A DNA stretch of 64,000 bases from the human T2T-CHM13v2.0 reference genome, Homo sapiens: NCBI RefSeq assembly GCF_009914755.1, contig NC_060927.1. One strand, given 5' to 3'. Positions 1 to 15,016 of this stretch are shown in pieces (position 1 is the first letter of the stretch; each line of letters opens with the position of its first letter). Made by a program: the position numbers and the translations under genes. Under the pieces are notes generated by a model. That model made no database searches and was not told where the DNA came from. It saw only the letters and a list, made by a program, of their open reading frames with translations.

Positions 1-199
1 TCCACAAGAGCCACTCATCTGGCCACGCGGAGGATGCTGTCTGTTGGGCATTGGGATGAGCATGGGTAAATCCACACCCACAGTCCTTACCCATGACCCT
101 GAAATCTACCAAGCTCTGACAACCAAAAGCTTTTTAGGAACCTGTTTGTCACACAACTTGACTTGAAGTGGCATGAGGCTATGATCTTTAATTCTTACC

Positions 200-299
200 A
201 ATGTACCACTTTTATATAAGGGACTTGATCATCTGAGGATTTTGGCATCCCCTGGGATCCTGGAACCAAACTCCCATGGATACTGAGGGACACCTGTAC
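200..299. mobile_element. Tigger4/MER46-like DNA transposon fragment
   Basis: End sequence ggatactgagggacacctgta resembles the Tigger4 terminal repeat plus TA. Confidence 0.5.
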
Positions 300-1263
300 T
301 ACTCACATTACTCATACATGTAGTAGAGTATTCATGTATTTGATTACAGGGTATTGTACAAAACCCCTCGGGAATGTTATCTGCACAGTATTACCTTTCT
401 AAAACCCAAAATGTCTTGGATTCCAAAGCACATCTGGCTCCAGGGGTTTCAGAGAAGGGAGTGTGGACTTGTGTCGTTTAATCCTCTTGGCAACTCTTAC
501 GACGAGGCAGCTCTTACTTATAGATGGGGAAATGAGGCTCAAAGATGTAGTTACCTGAAGTCACAGCTCTTGGGGGCAGAGCCATTTGAACACAGGACTC
601 TGCAACTCCAATGCCAAGCTGTTACCCACTGCATTGAATTCTTTAGGAAGAGCCCAGCATAATAAGGAACTTGAACTTTAGTCCATAAGCAGTGGAGGAA
701 TTACTGAGCTCCTCTGCCTAGGTAGGAGATGGTGGGGGAAGAGGAAACAGAAACTGCAGGAGGTAGTTTGGGGTGCTTACACTCCGGCTGCATCTGCAAA
801 ACTGATTGCGGGGCAGGGACTTGAGTATGGGGAGGAGGCTGCTAGAAGACCATCGCAGTGATCCATTCATTCAGTCTAGTCATATGGTGCTAAGAGCTGG
901 TTTTAAGCACAGCAAATATAGGCTGGATCCCTGCGGTCTGTAGGAGGTAAGTATGGGAACACAGTACTTGCCACTGTCAATTAACAAAAAGCGAGCACTT
1001 CAGATTGGCTGCTCAGAGGCCCCTCAGGCTGTACTCAAGCTGATTTGAATGGCAAAGAACCTCTGTGGGGAAACTAGCCAGTGCAAAAGCCCAGAGGTGG
1101 AGTTAGGAAATAGCTGGTGAGACAGAAGCCTCAGGAGACCTCGCAGCAGGGATTTATGTTGGGGAAGATGATGGGGCAGAGAGGAAGCCAAAGACCAGTG
1201 AGGAGGCAGTGGTGTGGGCCAGGCTCAATAAAGGATGGCTGCTTCTGCTGTTTCCTACTTTAG

Positions 1264-1491
1264 GTCAAAGCTGGTTCTGTGAAGCAGGAGTTTGAAAAGC
1301 AAGATGAACTGAAGCGCTCTGCAATGAGGGCAGTGGCTGCCCTGCTGACCATCCCCGAGGTGGGGAAAAGCCCCATCATGGCCGACTTCTCTTCCCAAAT
1401 CAGATCCAACCCTGAACTTGCTGCCCTCTTTGAAAGCATCCAGAAGGATTCCACTTCAGCCCCCAGCACAGACTCAATGGAGCTCAGCTAG
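1264..1491 (+). CDS. CAND2: CAND2 (TIP120B) last coding exon
   Basis: Acceptor tttcctactttag ends at 1263. Frame reads [37 protein letters not shown]...DSMELS*, the CAND-family C-terminus (CAND2 form). TAG at 1489-1491. Confidence 0.96.
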   Translation, partial: VKAGSVKQEFEKQDELKRSAMRAVAALLTIPEVGKSPIMADFSSQIRSNPELAALFESIQKDSTSAPSTDSMELS

Positions 1492-2289
1492 TCCCCTCAG
1501 CACCAAGGTGGGCCCTCGCTTAAGAGAAAGGAGCCCACCCAAGTCCGAGGCCTCCCCATCCCACCATCGCAGGTCTCTACTTTTGCCCTTCCACCATCTC
1601 ACTGGGGGCCCTGTCGCTCCTGGTCAGGGCTTACAGTGCCTTCTCCAGGGACCCAACTCAAAGGCCCCCAGCCCAAGCTGTGAGGCTGCCAACAGTTGGG
1701 CCCCTTCCTTAACTCAGGACAGTCATCCAAAGAAATAGGGTGAGGAAGTTTTCCAGTGACTTCACACTGTACCCCTCCATAGTCTGTCTGGTTCCTTCAG
1801 AGGGTGTCTCTGCCTCACAAACTAGTAGTATTTAGAAATAGGCTGTGCTGTCAGCTGTAAAAGATCAGGAGGCAGCAGACACCACTCTGGTTTCTTCACT
1901 GCATTCAGCAATGCCTGAAGTTAGTGCTCAGGCCGGGCATCTCAAAAGAAAAGATACTTGAGTTATTCACATTTTAAAATTCAAAACGGTTCATTTTTAA
2001 GTGGCAGTGATGAATCAGAAATTTGGAAGATGATACGGGTTTCTTTTTTCCAGGGAGGAGGAATGGGTTGGGTAGGGAACTGGACAGGCTTGGACCTCAT
2101 GTTTCATTTCTAATTTCAAAATACTTATTAGCAAATTGGGCAACAATGGGCATCTTCCATGCCACCACCCAGGCATAACCAGTTGGTTTGTTTCCTTCTG
2201 AGGAAGGTTTCAAATGTGTCTAGTGTTCAGTATTGAGGACAAAGAAATACAAGTGGCAGGCCCAAGTATTTTCTGTGATATCCCAGGTT

Positions 2290-2295
2290 AATAAA
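2290..2295 (+). terminator. CAND2: Probable CAND2 polyadenylation signal AATAAA
   Basis: First AATAAA I found downstream of the stop (~800 nt), followed by a T/C-rich tract. Confidence 0.7.
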
Positions 2296-2350
2296 GATTA
2301 GATTCTAAGTTACTTCTTTCCTCTGCACGACTCGTCTCCAATTGTTAATC

Positions 2351-2926
2351 GAATCGCCTGAACCCAGGAGGCAGAAGTTGCAGGGAGCCAAGATCAAGCC
2401 ACTGCACTCCAGCCGGGGTGACAGAATGAGTCTCAAAAACAAAATCCCAAAAATGACCAGTTTGCATTATAAATATTTATGACTAGGTTTTGAACAGGAG
2501 ACAATCTGTAAGATTCCTGTCTAGACTAGAAGTAGAAAAGCTTTATTATACCCAGCGCAGCATTTCTGCTAAGTTGACCAGGATGGTTACAGAAAAACAT
2601 CCTGTAAGCATTTCTGTCTCATAAGTACCACATCCCATATCCCTCATGACCTATATACTACAGAAGATGCCTGTAATCCCAGTACTTTGGGAGGCTGAAG
2701 CAGGATTGCTTGAGCTCAGGAGTTCGGGAGCCTAGGCAACATGGCTAGACCACCTCTACAAAAAAACTTCAAAAACTACCCAGGTTTGGAGGTGTGCATC
2801 TGTAGTCCCAGCTACTTGGAAGGCTGAGGTGGGAAGATCACCTGAGCCTGGGGAGGTCAAGGCTGTAGTCAGTGTGCCACTGCACTCCCAGCCTGGGTGA
2901 GAGCAAGACCCCGTCTCCAAAAAAAA
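2351..2926 (+). mobile_element. Alu fragments (2351-2444 partial; 2667-2926 AluJ-like)
   Basis: Alu consensus motifs and A-rich tails. Confidence 0.85.
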
Positions 2927-3569
2927 TCAGGACCACGTGTCACTAAATTCTGAGTACCAGTCAAGAGGCTCAATTGTCACCAGTTAGGTCCCCGCCTTGG
3001 CAAACTGCTGTAACATTATACCTGAAGCAGCAGCTGGTGGGAGGGTTATAGGAGACTGAAAGTGCTTTTCCAGTTAACCGTGGTGGATTACCTGGAAGAG
3101 CAATTTGTACATCATCCTGTTCTTTTTGGACAGAAGTTACAGGATGCAATTTAGGCATCCCGTAAGAATCTGTGTAAGAAATTCATCTGGATATTTCCAT
3201 GCATATTTTCTCAATTCTCACAAGCATCACATGGAATAACTTGTCACCTAACTTTACAAAAGCAAGGCTAAGAATGACTACTTGTGGCTTGGGAGCCACA
3301 AGCTTCTTCAAGTGTCTCAGAACCTACCTGGTGTGAGGGCCAAGTCTGTACCCCTCATACCCAGCCTCAACTGGAGATGACTAAGGCTAGTCTGTGCACT
3401 TGAGGCCACATTCCCCTGTTCAAGGACTGAGTGTCCTTTACAAATCCCCTCCAAATGGGAGATTCCAAAGGGGCTTAAGCAAAAGAACAATCTCTGTGGC
3501 AAACTAAGTTGGCCAAGAAGCTGAAGACTTAAAATCAAGGAAGGAAGATGCCAGATGGCAGTTTTTACA

Positions 3570-3575
3570 TTTATT
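3570..3575 (-). terminator. RPL32: RPL32 proximal poly(A) signal AATAAA
   Basis: tttatt on the + strand, ~30 nt downstream of the stop. Confidence 0.85.
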
Positions 3576-3602
3576 TAAACAGAAAACGTGCACATGAGCT
3601 GC

Positions 3603-3743
<141 letters not shown>

Positions 3744-5459
3744 TCAAGTAGGTAAGGAGCAAGACAGCCCTCAACACACTTGGAAAATTCCATTGGAGAG
3801 GCAATGAGTCCCAGCACCAAGCTAAGAGAGGGCTGCTTGGTAAGTGGCTGTGGAATGACACCTACATGCCCCCAAATCCTGACTATGGTTCCCTGGTGGT
3901 GACAAGAATGCTTTCATTAAAAAGTACCCTCATTGTCCCCTCTCATCCTTATAGCAGCCTTGTAATCCAGGCATTACCTCCATTTTACAGATAAAGAAAC
4001 CAAGGCCCACAGCAAGCAATGGACAGGGATCCGGGGCGAACCCAGGCCCACACTCCAGGTTCAAAGGTTCTCCCCCAGTCACAGGGTGCTTGACCTTGCC
4101 CATGAAGGTTCAGAACTCTTTGCAAAATGGTCAAGAGCAGAACCCAAGAGTCTGAATGGAGCCAAGAGCACCTGGTTTGACTGCTGAGGATACAAAGCAA
4201 GTTGAGAAGCAACAATGCTTAAAGTCACCCAGTCATAGCCATGCCTATTACCTGAGGACTTCAGATCCAGTTCTAACTCATTCCTCACAACTTTTTAAGA
4301 GGCAGCTACACTGTGCCCCATTTGATAACCAATAGGCCTAACAAGCACACTTCAGTAAGGAGGTGATTTATGAAGCCACCCACAGTGGTTAAGAACAGAC
4401 ATTCCACCCCTAAAGCATTTTCAGCAAAGAGAGAAGCAGCAGGACTGTGAGGAGTGATTGAGGCAGTGGACACAAAGCTCTTTTCAAGAACCCTGCCTTA
4501 ACAGCAAGACAGCAAATCCAGACAATTCTTGTTTTATATGAGTCCACTCAAATTCAAAGCAACTGTATTTTTAAATGTTTCTACGTTTTAAAGACTTAGG
4601 TTATATTACACTTCTCATCTGTCTTTACTTTTCAAAAAACCCTCCTGTCCTTGTCCATCTATATATTTGATAATCACAATCAGAGTGTACCCACCATTTT
4701 AAATGTGTCCCCCCTGGCTTGGGCATTTTCCACACTACAACACTCGAATCATTTTGAGTGGACCCACAACATTTTATCCAGCACTCTACAATTCTCTCAT
4801 TATATTTTCAGTTGTTTCCAGTGGGTTATTGCTGCAATGACTAGCTTTAGTTTGCCTGCTTTTCCATTCCTTAAGGACAAATGCCCAGAAATGGAACTTA
4901 GAGATCAAACGTCAAAGAGTATTTCTATGGATCTTAAAGACTGCCAAGCTGCGCTTACAGAGCATATGCCAACCAGCCAACATGTGCACTGCAACTGAGT
5001 AATCATGTTGGCCATACAACAGGTATTGCCTGTTACAGTTCAACTCATACAGCCAACTGTGGTTTCAGTATCCACCATTAATTCCTTCGCCCATCTTTTC
5101 TAACAGAAATTTTCAGCATTTCAACGCCTGGTTAAATTTCCAATCTTGGAAGGTAACCACGTTAGAATACTGGTCTTGTTCATTTTTATTACTTGTATCT
5201 ACAACCACTGTAGGTGAAAGTTATCTTTGTAAACGTAAACACAAACATCCTAGTTAGTCACACACACTCCATGTTCTTTCTAGTTTACTTAGGAAAATTC
5301 AGCTTTTTGGCTTTCATTTACCAGTAAGTGAAGAAAATAAACTGTCACTTCCCATGAGAATTTTTCATTCCACTGCCCTAGTTTTAATCTAAGCAGGTCA
5401 CTGAGTCTTTTATACACAAAGCTCACCAAGTGTCTAACTTACTCAAAACACCTAGAACT

Positions 5460-5927
5460 AGCTGGGTGTGGTGGAGTGTGCCTGTGGTCCTAGCTACCAG
5501 GAAGGCTGAGATAGGAAGACAGCTTGAGCCCACCTTGAGTTTGGGGCTGCGGTGTGCCATGATCACAGCTGTGAACAGCCACTGCACTGTAGCCAGGGCA
5601 ACACAGAGCCTGTCTATCTCTAAAATCAAACCAGGCCAGGCATAGTAGCTCATGCCTGTAATCCCAGCATTTTGGGAGGCTAAGGCAGGCAGACCGCTTA
5701 AGGTCATCAGTTCAAAACCAGCCTGGCCAACATGGTGAAACCTCATCTGTACTAAAAATACAAAAATTAGCCAGGAATGGTGGTGCACGCCTGTAATCCC
5801 AGCTCTTGGGAGGGTGAGGCAGAAGAAACGCCTGAAACTGGGCGGTGGAGGTTGCAGTGAGCCGAAGTCATGCCACTGCACTCCAGCCCCGGCAAGAGAG
5901 CAAGACTTCATCTTAAAAAACAAAAAC
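5460..5927 (+). mobile_element. Alu monomer (5460-5625) plus full Alu (5634-5927)
   Basis: Alu consensus sequence, in RPL32 intron 3. Confidence 0.85.
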
Positions 5928-6141
5928 CAATAAAACCCACCTGGAACCAATGCCCTGCAAACCCTCCATGTGCTTTCACCTCTACACCTTTGTGTAAGCA
6001 CTCTCTGCCTGCCAAGTTTCCTCCTGTTCTCCATCTAATCCAAACTTTCCAGAGCCCTCCTGCCCCTGAAGATACCCCTTACCACAGCACAGACTTAAGA
6101 GCCCCTTAAGGTCTGAGGTCCATGTTTGACCTTCTCCCGCT

Positions 6142-6523
6142 TGTAAGCCAAAAATAAAATTCAAAGGCCCCCAGCAACCATCTGAATGCACTCCCTCCTT
6201 GAATAGGGCACTCTTGGTTTCCACAACCTCTTACTGTAGCCAAGACATTCCTTTCTAGTGATAACCAATTCTCGACGAGAAACAGAAAATCTATCCAAAA
6301 CCTCGAAGTGCCGCCTTTCTGGACCAAACCAATGTATGCCTTATGTGTATTTGATTGATGTCTCATGTCTCCCTAAAATATGTAAAACCAAGCTGCTCCC
6401 CGCCCACCTTGGACACATATTCTTAGGGTCTCCCAAGGGCTGTGTCACGGGCCATGGTCAACTCATATTTGGCTCAGAATAAATCTCTTCGAATATTTCA
6501 GAGTTCAACTCTTTTGCTTGACA
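6142..6523 (+). mobile_element. MER4-group ERV1 solo LTR in RPL32 intron 3
   Basis: TG...CA ends. 3' end ggctcagaataaatctcttc...ttttgcttgaca is typical of the MER4 group. Confidence 0.65.
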
Positions 6524-6856
6524 CCTTCATAAAGAAAGCAACATTTTGGAAACAACAGCCAAAGGATATTGTAGTAGTGGAAAGTGGCTATTATTGCAGT
6601 GTTCACAAAGCAGTCTTTTCCTGGTCTTGGGTCTCTACACTTAGAAGACCAAGTCACCTCCTTCAGCAAAGGAAACACCTTGAATTCCCCAACAAGCATT
6701 CTCTAAAATCCTGCAAGGAACAACTTCTGATTCCCTCAGAGAATGTACAACACCCCCCGCCAAAATGCATCCCAAGAGTTTGTAGAGTTCCTGCCAGAAG
6801 TGCTCACACAGATGCAAACTTCTGATCACTGAAAACTAGAGGTGGGACCCAACTCA

Positions 6857-7222
<366 letters not shown>

Positions 7223-7617
7223 CTAGGGATGAAGGCACCCCCACCATTGCCACTCCCAAGCAATGGAGGAGGCACCAATGGGATGCGAGGGGACTGTGTA
7301 GATACTGAGATGGCAAGCACAGCTGCAGACACTGCTCTCAGCACCTGAGTTTTCTTGTCTATAAAATAGGGATCCTGCTGTCACAAGGCAACCCAAAATA
7401 CAGGACACAAATGCAAAGCCCTCTGAACACATCAAAACGGCCAAATGTCCCTTTTCATTAAAGTTTCGCTTCACACATCAAGAGACATAAGTACCAGCAC
7501 TAGGGCACACTGGGGGAGACCTGTATTTCTACAGAAAGCTCTTCCACAAGCCAGTTCATCGGTCAAAGATAATCCTGACTAGGTGATGTCAGAAACTGTT
7601 GGAAACTCTTTTCTTCA

Positions 7618-7959
<342 letters not shown>

Positions 7960-9002
7960 AAGGGTCACCTCACCCACTCAGAGCCCAAAGAATGCCAACA
8001 GCTGAGCAAATCAAAACTGACCCCAAGACACTCTCAATTTGCAAGGGGCAGCAAATCCCACCCCACCAGTGTCCGAACCCCCAGATGGTCCTTCCGGTAG
8101 TACTGGCCTTGACCATCTACTTGAACCTGAGTCTTTTCCTCACCTGTAAAATGAAGATGACACTGCGCGCTGAATGCCTGCAGTGCCTGTCACAGGGTAA
8201 ATGTTCAATAAAACCTTCTAATTCCCTAGGGAGCTGCTGCGCTACCACACCCTCAACACACACAAAACCACCATATACCTCTGAAGATGCCTCAAACCTG
8301 GAGATCTTCCAGTATCAACTCACACCTTCCTCAGTGTGGTCTTCCGAGCCATTGATTTCCTACAGCAGCACCCCTTCTGCTCTCTTCGCAGCCATCAACT
8401 GGCCCAGAGTGGGTACTCAATGAACCACGTATTCAAAACGACTCTGCCTTCTGGCCCATGATATCCTCGAAGGCAAGGTGGGGGCAGTTGCATCTTCATA
8501 TTCCCAGAGATACTACCAGAATTTCTGCCTGCAGCTGGACCAGCCGACCTACAGCTCGTCTTTCCTTGGCGGTCCCGCAGCAGCAGCCCTCGGGCCAGAG
8601 ACTGCAGCGGAAGAAGCCGGCCATGGCATGAACGAATACACGTGGGCCGACATTGGTGAGCGCTGGGATCCACAGATCCCAGCTGAAAGCTGTCAAGCTG
8701 GGCCACCCCTGGTCGTCCCACGGCCCCCAGGAGACCCCGAAGTCTGGCCTCAACTAGCACCCTCCACCGCCAAGGAACAAACAAGCAGCCCGCAGCTCTG
8801 AATACAGGCGGAGGGCAGGAGGCTCTGGGACGCAAAGCCCTATCAACTCGGCGGCTTCGTTCTGTTCCTGTACACGCTCCAGTAAGCTGACAATAACAAT
8901 ACCCACAGACACTACCGCGCTGAAGGGGAGGCCTCCGCACCACTGGGCGACGGGGCCAGATGAATCCCGCAGGAATGCGGATTGCCACGGATTAACACTT
9001 AC

Positions 9003-9052
9003 CGAGAAGGAGATGGCTGCCACCTCCGTAGGCAGCGCCGAGGAAGAGAGAA
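9003..9052 (-). other. RPL32: RPL32 non-coding exon 1 with 5'TOP tract
   Basis: (CTT)CTCTCTTCCTCGGCGCTGCC...TTCTCG|gtaagt: pyrimidine start tract and consensus donor. Contains a YY1-type GCCAT motif. Confidence 0.9.
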
Positions 9053-9400
9053 GGGACGGTGGCGCGCAAGGGCTGATGGGTCGTAACCCCTGGGTCCTAG
9101 CAGGGAAAAAGGCAAGCACTTCCGGCTCCGGCTCTTTTAAATAAAATAAAGACACGTCAAAAAATAATGCCGCAAAAATTCTGAGTATACATGTTTTAAT
9201 AGACAATAATAACTAGGAATAGGACTGAGAAATGTATTCTACCTATCCTTGGGACTACGTAGAAATTTGGAATTCTTTCTGAGCTAATAAGACCTGGTGG
9301 AGGGAGGAATTTACTTCCGCCAGAAGTCGAAGCCAATCCGCTTTTGGGCTATTTCCGCCCGCGTTTCTTCTACTCCGAAGTGCGCCTCTTAGTGGTCAGA
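9053..9400 (-). promoter_or_regulatory. RPL32: RPL32 promoter (CpG-rich, ETS/GABP sites)
   Basis: CCGGAAGTG at 9125-9117, ~70 nt upstream of the TOP start as is typical of ribosomal-protein promoters. Further TTCCG motifs at ~9315 and ~9353. Confidence 0.75.
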
Positions 9401-9624
9401 AGAGAACAAGACAGAGACTTCCTAATAATTTCATCACCGAATTTAGACAGTAAATAGTAACGAAAACAGCTAACATGCGATGGAGTTCACTATGCCTACC
9501 ACAATTCTATAACGTACCCCTATTATTGTCTCCATTTTGCATATGTGGAAGATGAAATTTGGAGACTTGACTCCAAACTCCACGCTTCTAACCACTGGGC
9601 GAAACTGCCTAGTTTTTCTTTGTT

Positions 9625-10797
<1,173 letters not shown>

Positions 10798-11187
10798 TAC
10801 ATGAATTGGTGTCCCACAAAATGAAGATACTTTTTTTCTGATAAGAATATACACATAAGATTTATGTCAACTCAGTAATCATTCAGGAGGTTTTACTTCC
10901 TGAGATTTTTTTTAATGAAAACATTTTCTCAAGTTAGATTCCTAGGGTGTCTAAGTCAATGCCAAGAAAAGTTTGGAAAGACTTTGAGAGAAGGCCAGCC
11001 CAGCATCTTTCTTGTAAGCGGAGGTAGATTTGGTTTCACAGAGGCCTACTGGAAGTGATAAAAGGGAAGAATTCTTTAGGAATCACTTTAGTGTTTACTG
11101 TACATGCTAGGGACATAAATTTTTTTTAAAAAAAGGAATCACTGTGGTGTAAAATACTATTAAAATTTCTCTAAAAGTCTAGAGCTG

Positions 11188-11580
11188 GGCTGGATATGGT
11201 GGCTCACACCTGTAATCCCAGCACTCTGGGAGGCCAAGGCAGGAGGATTGCTTGAGGCCAGGCATTCAAGAGCAGCCTGGAAAACAAACCAAGACCTCAT
11301 TTATATATTAAAAAAAAAATAGCTGGATTTGGTGGCACTCACTTTGCAGTCCCAGTTACTTGGGAGGCAAGGGCAGGAGGATTGCTTGAGGCCAGGCATT
11401 CAAGAGCAGCCTGGAAAACAAACCAAGACCTCATTTATATATTAAAAAAAAAAATAGCTGGATTTGGTGGCACTCACTTTGCAGTCCCAGTTACTTGGGA
11501 GGCAAGGGCAGGAGGATTGCTTGAGCCAGGAATTGGAGGCTTCAGTGAGCTATGATGGCACCACTGCACTCTAGCTTGAG
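11188..11580 (+). mobile_element. Old Alu with an internal ~134-bp tandem duplication (three monomers)
   Basis: 11238-11371 is repeated at 11372-11506, differing only in A-linker length. Confidence 0.85.
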
Positions 11581-12099
11581 TAAATTTCACCTGCTGCAGA
11601 CCTGCCTGTGTCTATGCGCTCCTAAAGAGCGGGAAGGAAACCATCAGTTTTGTCATCTGAAAGGGGAAAAGAGACGGGCAAACCTGGCCTTCTGCTCACT
11701 TCACAGGAATGCCGGAAGAGCCAGCAGAACGGGAAGTGCTTGGATCTTTGGGGGCATGGGCGTTTACGTATCATTCAGCCTTGTGGCCTGAGGAAGCATG
11801 TCACCAGAGAAGACAGCTCGAAGACTCCATGCCCAGGGCCTGGCTGGCTTTCTGCTGGGCTTGCACCATTCTTTGCCTCTTTAGGGCTTTGTAGGTGGTC
11901 AGGGCTGGTTTTCTGGAATGAAGTTCCCCCCAAAGCTGGAGCCCCTCCTGACTGGTTATCTTGGCCACTGCAGGGTTTCCCAATGTTACAGGCAGATTCG
12001 GTCCCCTTACTAGGCTCCTCCTTGTTCTCGGCAGCAAAATCGATAGTGCGAGGGACCTGGAGTAGGGAGCTGCCTCAGTCATTAGAAAGGGTTACCTGG

Positions 12100-15016
12100 T
12101 GATATGGTTTGGCTGTGTCCCCACCTAAATCTCATTATGAATTGTAATAAACCCCAAGTGTCAAGGGCAGGGCCAGGTGGAGATAATCCAATCATGGGGG
12201 CAGTTTTCCCCATACTGTTCTCTTGGTAGTAAATAAGTCTCACAACATCTGATGGTTTTATAAAGGGGAGTTCCTCTGCGCACACTCTTCTTGCCTGCTG
12301 CTGTGTAAGACCTGACTTTGCTCCTCCTTTGCCTTCCGCCATGATTATGAATTGTAAACAGCCATATGGAACTGTGAGTCAATAGCCTCTTTCCTTTATA
12401 AATTATCCCGTCTCGGGTATGTCTTTATTAGCATTATGAGAACAGACTAATACAGTGAATTGGTACCTGGAGTGAGGGGCTGCTGTAAAGATACCTGAAA
12501 ATGTAGAAGCGACTTTGGAACTGAGTAACAGGCAGAGGTTACTGGTGGAAGGTGTCCAGGTTCTTGGCGTCTTGAACAAAGAATTGGACAAGATGCACAA
12601 ACAAAGCAAGGAAAGCAAAAGCAGAGATTTATTAAAAACAAAGGTACACTCCACAGTGTTGGAAGCAGGCCTGAGCATCAGGGCTCAAGAGTCCCCATTA
12701 CAGAGTTTTCTGGGGTTTCAATACTCTAGAGGTTTCTCTTTGGTTACTTGGTGTACCTCTGTGTAAATGAGAATGGAGTGAAGTTGCAGTCATTTACTCA
12801 GAATGCATCCTATATAAATGAAGATGATGTTACTTGGCGTGTGTGATCTGTGTGAATACTGAGGATGAATGTGAAGTTACAAAGTGTAAATGGAGAGGAT
12901 GTTACTTGGAGTGTGTGGGCTACGGAAATGGAGAAGATGAATGTTAAGTTACAAAGTGTAAATGGTGTAAATGGAGAGGATGAAGTGAAGTTACAAAGCC
13001 ATTCACATTTCTGTCATTGCTGAAGTGCTTCCATTTGATTTAGTTCTAAGAAGTCAGCATGGATCAGCCTTATGTTCCCTGCCTCCAGGCCCTATTCTCC
13101 TGCCCCATTGGACAGTTTGAAGGGCTCAGAAGAAGATAGAAAAAAGTGGGAAAGTTTGGAACTTCCTAGAGACTTGGAGGGCTCAGAAGACAGGAAGATG
13201 TGGGCAAGTTTGGAACTTCCTAGAGACTTGCTGAATGGCTTTAACGAAAATGTTGATAGTGATATGGACAATAAAGTCCAGGCTGAGGTGGTCTAGATGG
13301 AGATGAGGAACTTATTGGGAACCAGGGTAAACGTCACTCTTGCTATGCAAAGAGAATATTGGCATTTTGCCCCTGCCCTAGAGATCTGTGGAACTTTGAA
13401 TTTGAGATGATTTAGGTTATCTAGGGGAAGAAATTTTTAAGCAGCAAAGTGTTCAAGGGGAACAACAGCATAAAAATTTGGAAAATTTGCAGCCTGATGA
13501 TGCAATAGAAAAAATACCCATTTTCTGGGGAGAAATTCAAGCTGGCTGCAGAAATTTGCATAAGTAAGGAGGAGGCAAATGTTAATCACCAAGACAATGG
13601 AGAAAATGTCTCCAGGACATGTCAGAGACCTTCAAGGCAACCCCTCCCATTACAGTCCTAGAGGCCTAGCAGGAAAAAATGGTTTTGTGGGCTAGGCCCA
13701 GGGCCTCCCTGCAGTGTGCAGCCTAGGGACTTGGTGCACTGCATCCCAGCTGCTCCAGTGGCTAAAAGGGGCCAAGGTACAGCTTGGGCTATGGCTTCAG
13801 AGGGTGCAAGCACCAAACCTTGGCAGCTTCCACGTGGTGTTGAGCCTGTGGTTACACAGTAGTCAAGAATTGAGGTTGGAAACCTCCACCTAGATTTCAG
13901 AGGATGTATGGAAATGCCTGGATGTCCAGGCAGAGTTGTGCTGTAGGGGCAGAGCCCTCATGGAGAACCTCTGCTAGGTCAGTGCAGAAGGGAAATGTGG
14001 GGTTAGAGCCCCACACAGAGTTCCCACTGTGGAACTGCCTAGTAGAGCTCTGAGAAAAGGGCCACTGTCCTCCAGACCCTAGAATGGTAGATCCACTGAT
14101 AGCTTGCACTGTGCACCTGGAAAAGCCACAGATATTCAATGCCAGCCTGTGAAAGCAGGCAGGATGGGGTGGGGGTGGGGGAGCTGTACTGGAGCAAAGC
14201 TGCCCAAGGCTGTGGGAGCATAGCCACAGGAGCATAGCTGTGGCTACACAGCTGTGAGCATAGCTGCCCAAGGCTATAGGAATCCAGCTCTTGCATCAGC
14301 ATGACCTTAGATATGAGACATGGAGTCAAAGGAGATCATTTTGGAGCTTTAAGATTTGGCTGTCCCACGGATTTCAGACTTGCATGGGACCTGTTGTCCT
14401 TTTATTTTGGACAATTTCTGACACTTGGAACAGGTGTATTTATCCAATGCCTGTACCCCACTTTATCTAGGAAGTAACTAACTTGCTTTTGATTTTGCAG
14501 GCCCATAGGCGGAAGGGACTTACCTTGTCTCAGATGAGACTTTGGACTGTGGACTTTTGAGTTAATGCTGAAACGAGTTAAGACTTTAGGGGACTGTTGC
14601 GAAGGCATGATTGGTTTTGAAATGTGAGGAAAGGAGATTTCGGAGGGGCCAGGGGTGGAATGATATGGTTTGGCTGTGTCTCCACTCAAATATCACCTTG
14701 AATTATAATAATCCCTATGTGTCAAGGGTGGGGCCAGGTGGAGGTAATTGAATCATGGGGGTGATTTTCCCCATACTGTTCTCGTGGTGGTGAATAAGTC
14801 TCACGAGTTCTGATGCTTTTATAAATGGGAGTTCCCCTGCAAAAACTCTCTTGCCTGCCACCATGTAAGATGTGACTTTACTCCTCATTTGCCTTCCACC
14901 ATGATTGTGAGGCCTCCCCAGCCATGTGGCACTCTCAGTCAATTAAACCTTTATTCATTCTAAGTTACCCAGTCTCAGGTATGTCTTTATTAGCAGTGTG
15001 AGAACAGACTAATACA
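12100..15016 (+). mobile_element. Full-length THE1 (MaLR): LTRs 12100-12454 and 14661-15016 plus internal region
   Basis: Both LTRs run tgatatggtttggctgtgtc...gaacagactaataca. THE1 internal sequence lies between them. 5-bp TSD cctgg/cttgg with one mismatch. Confidence 0.9.
12537..13107 (-). mobile_element. MER51-like solo LTR nested in the THE1 internal region
   Basis: Minus-strand start tggggcaggagaatagggcctggaggcagggaac. Interrupts THE1 sequence ggcagagg|ttggacagtttg. Confidence 0.7.

Noticed and set aside
5423-6034. 203-aa ORF and other Alu-like ORFs
   Set aside because: Antisense Alu translations.
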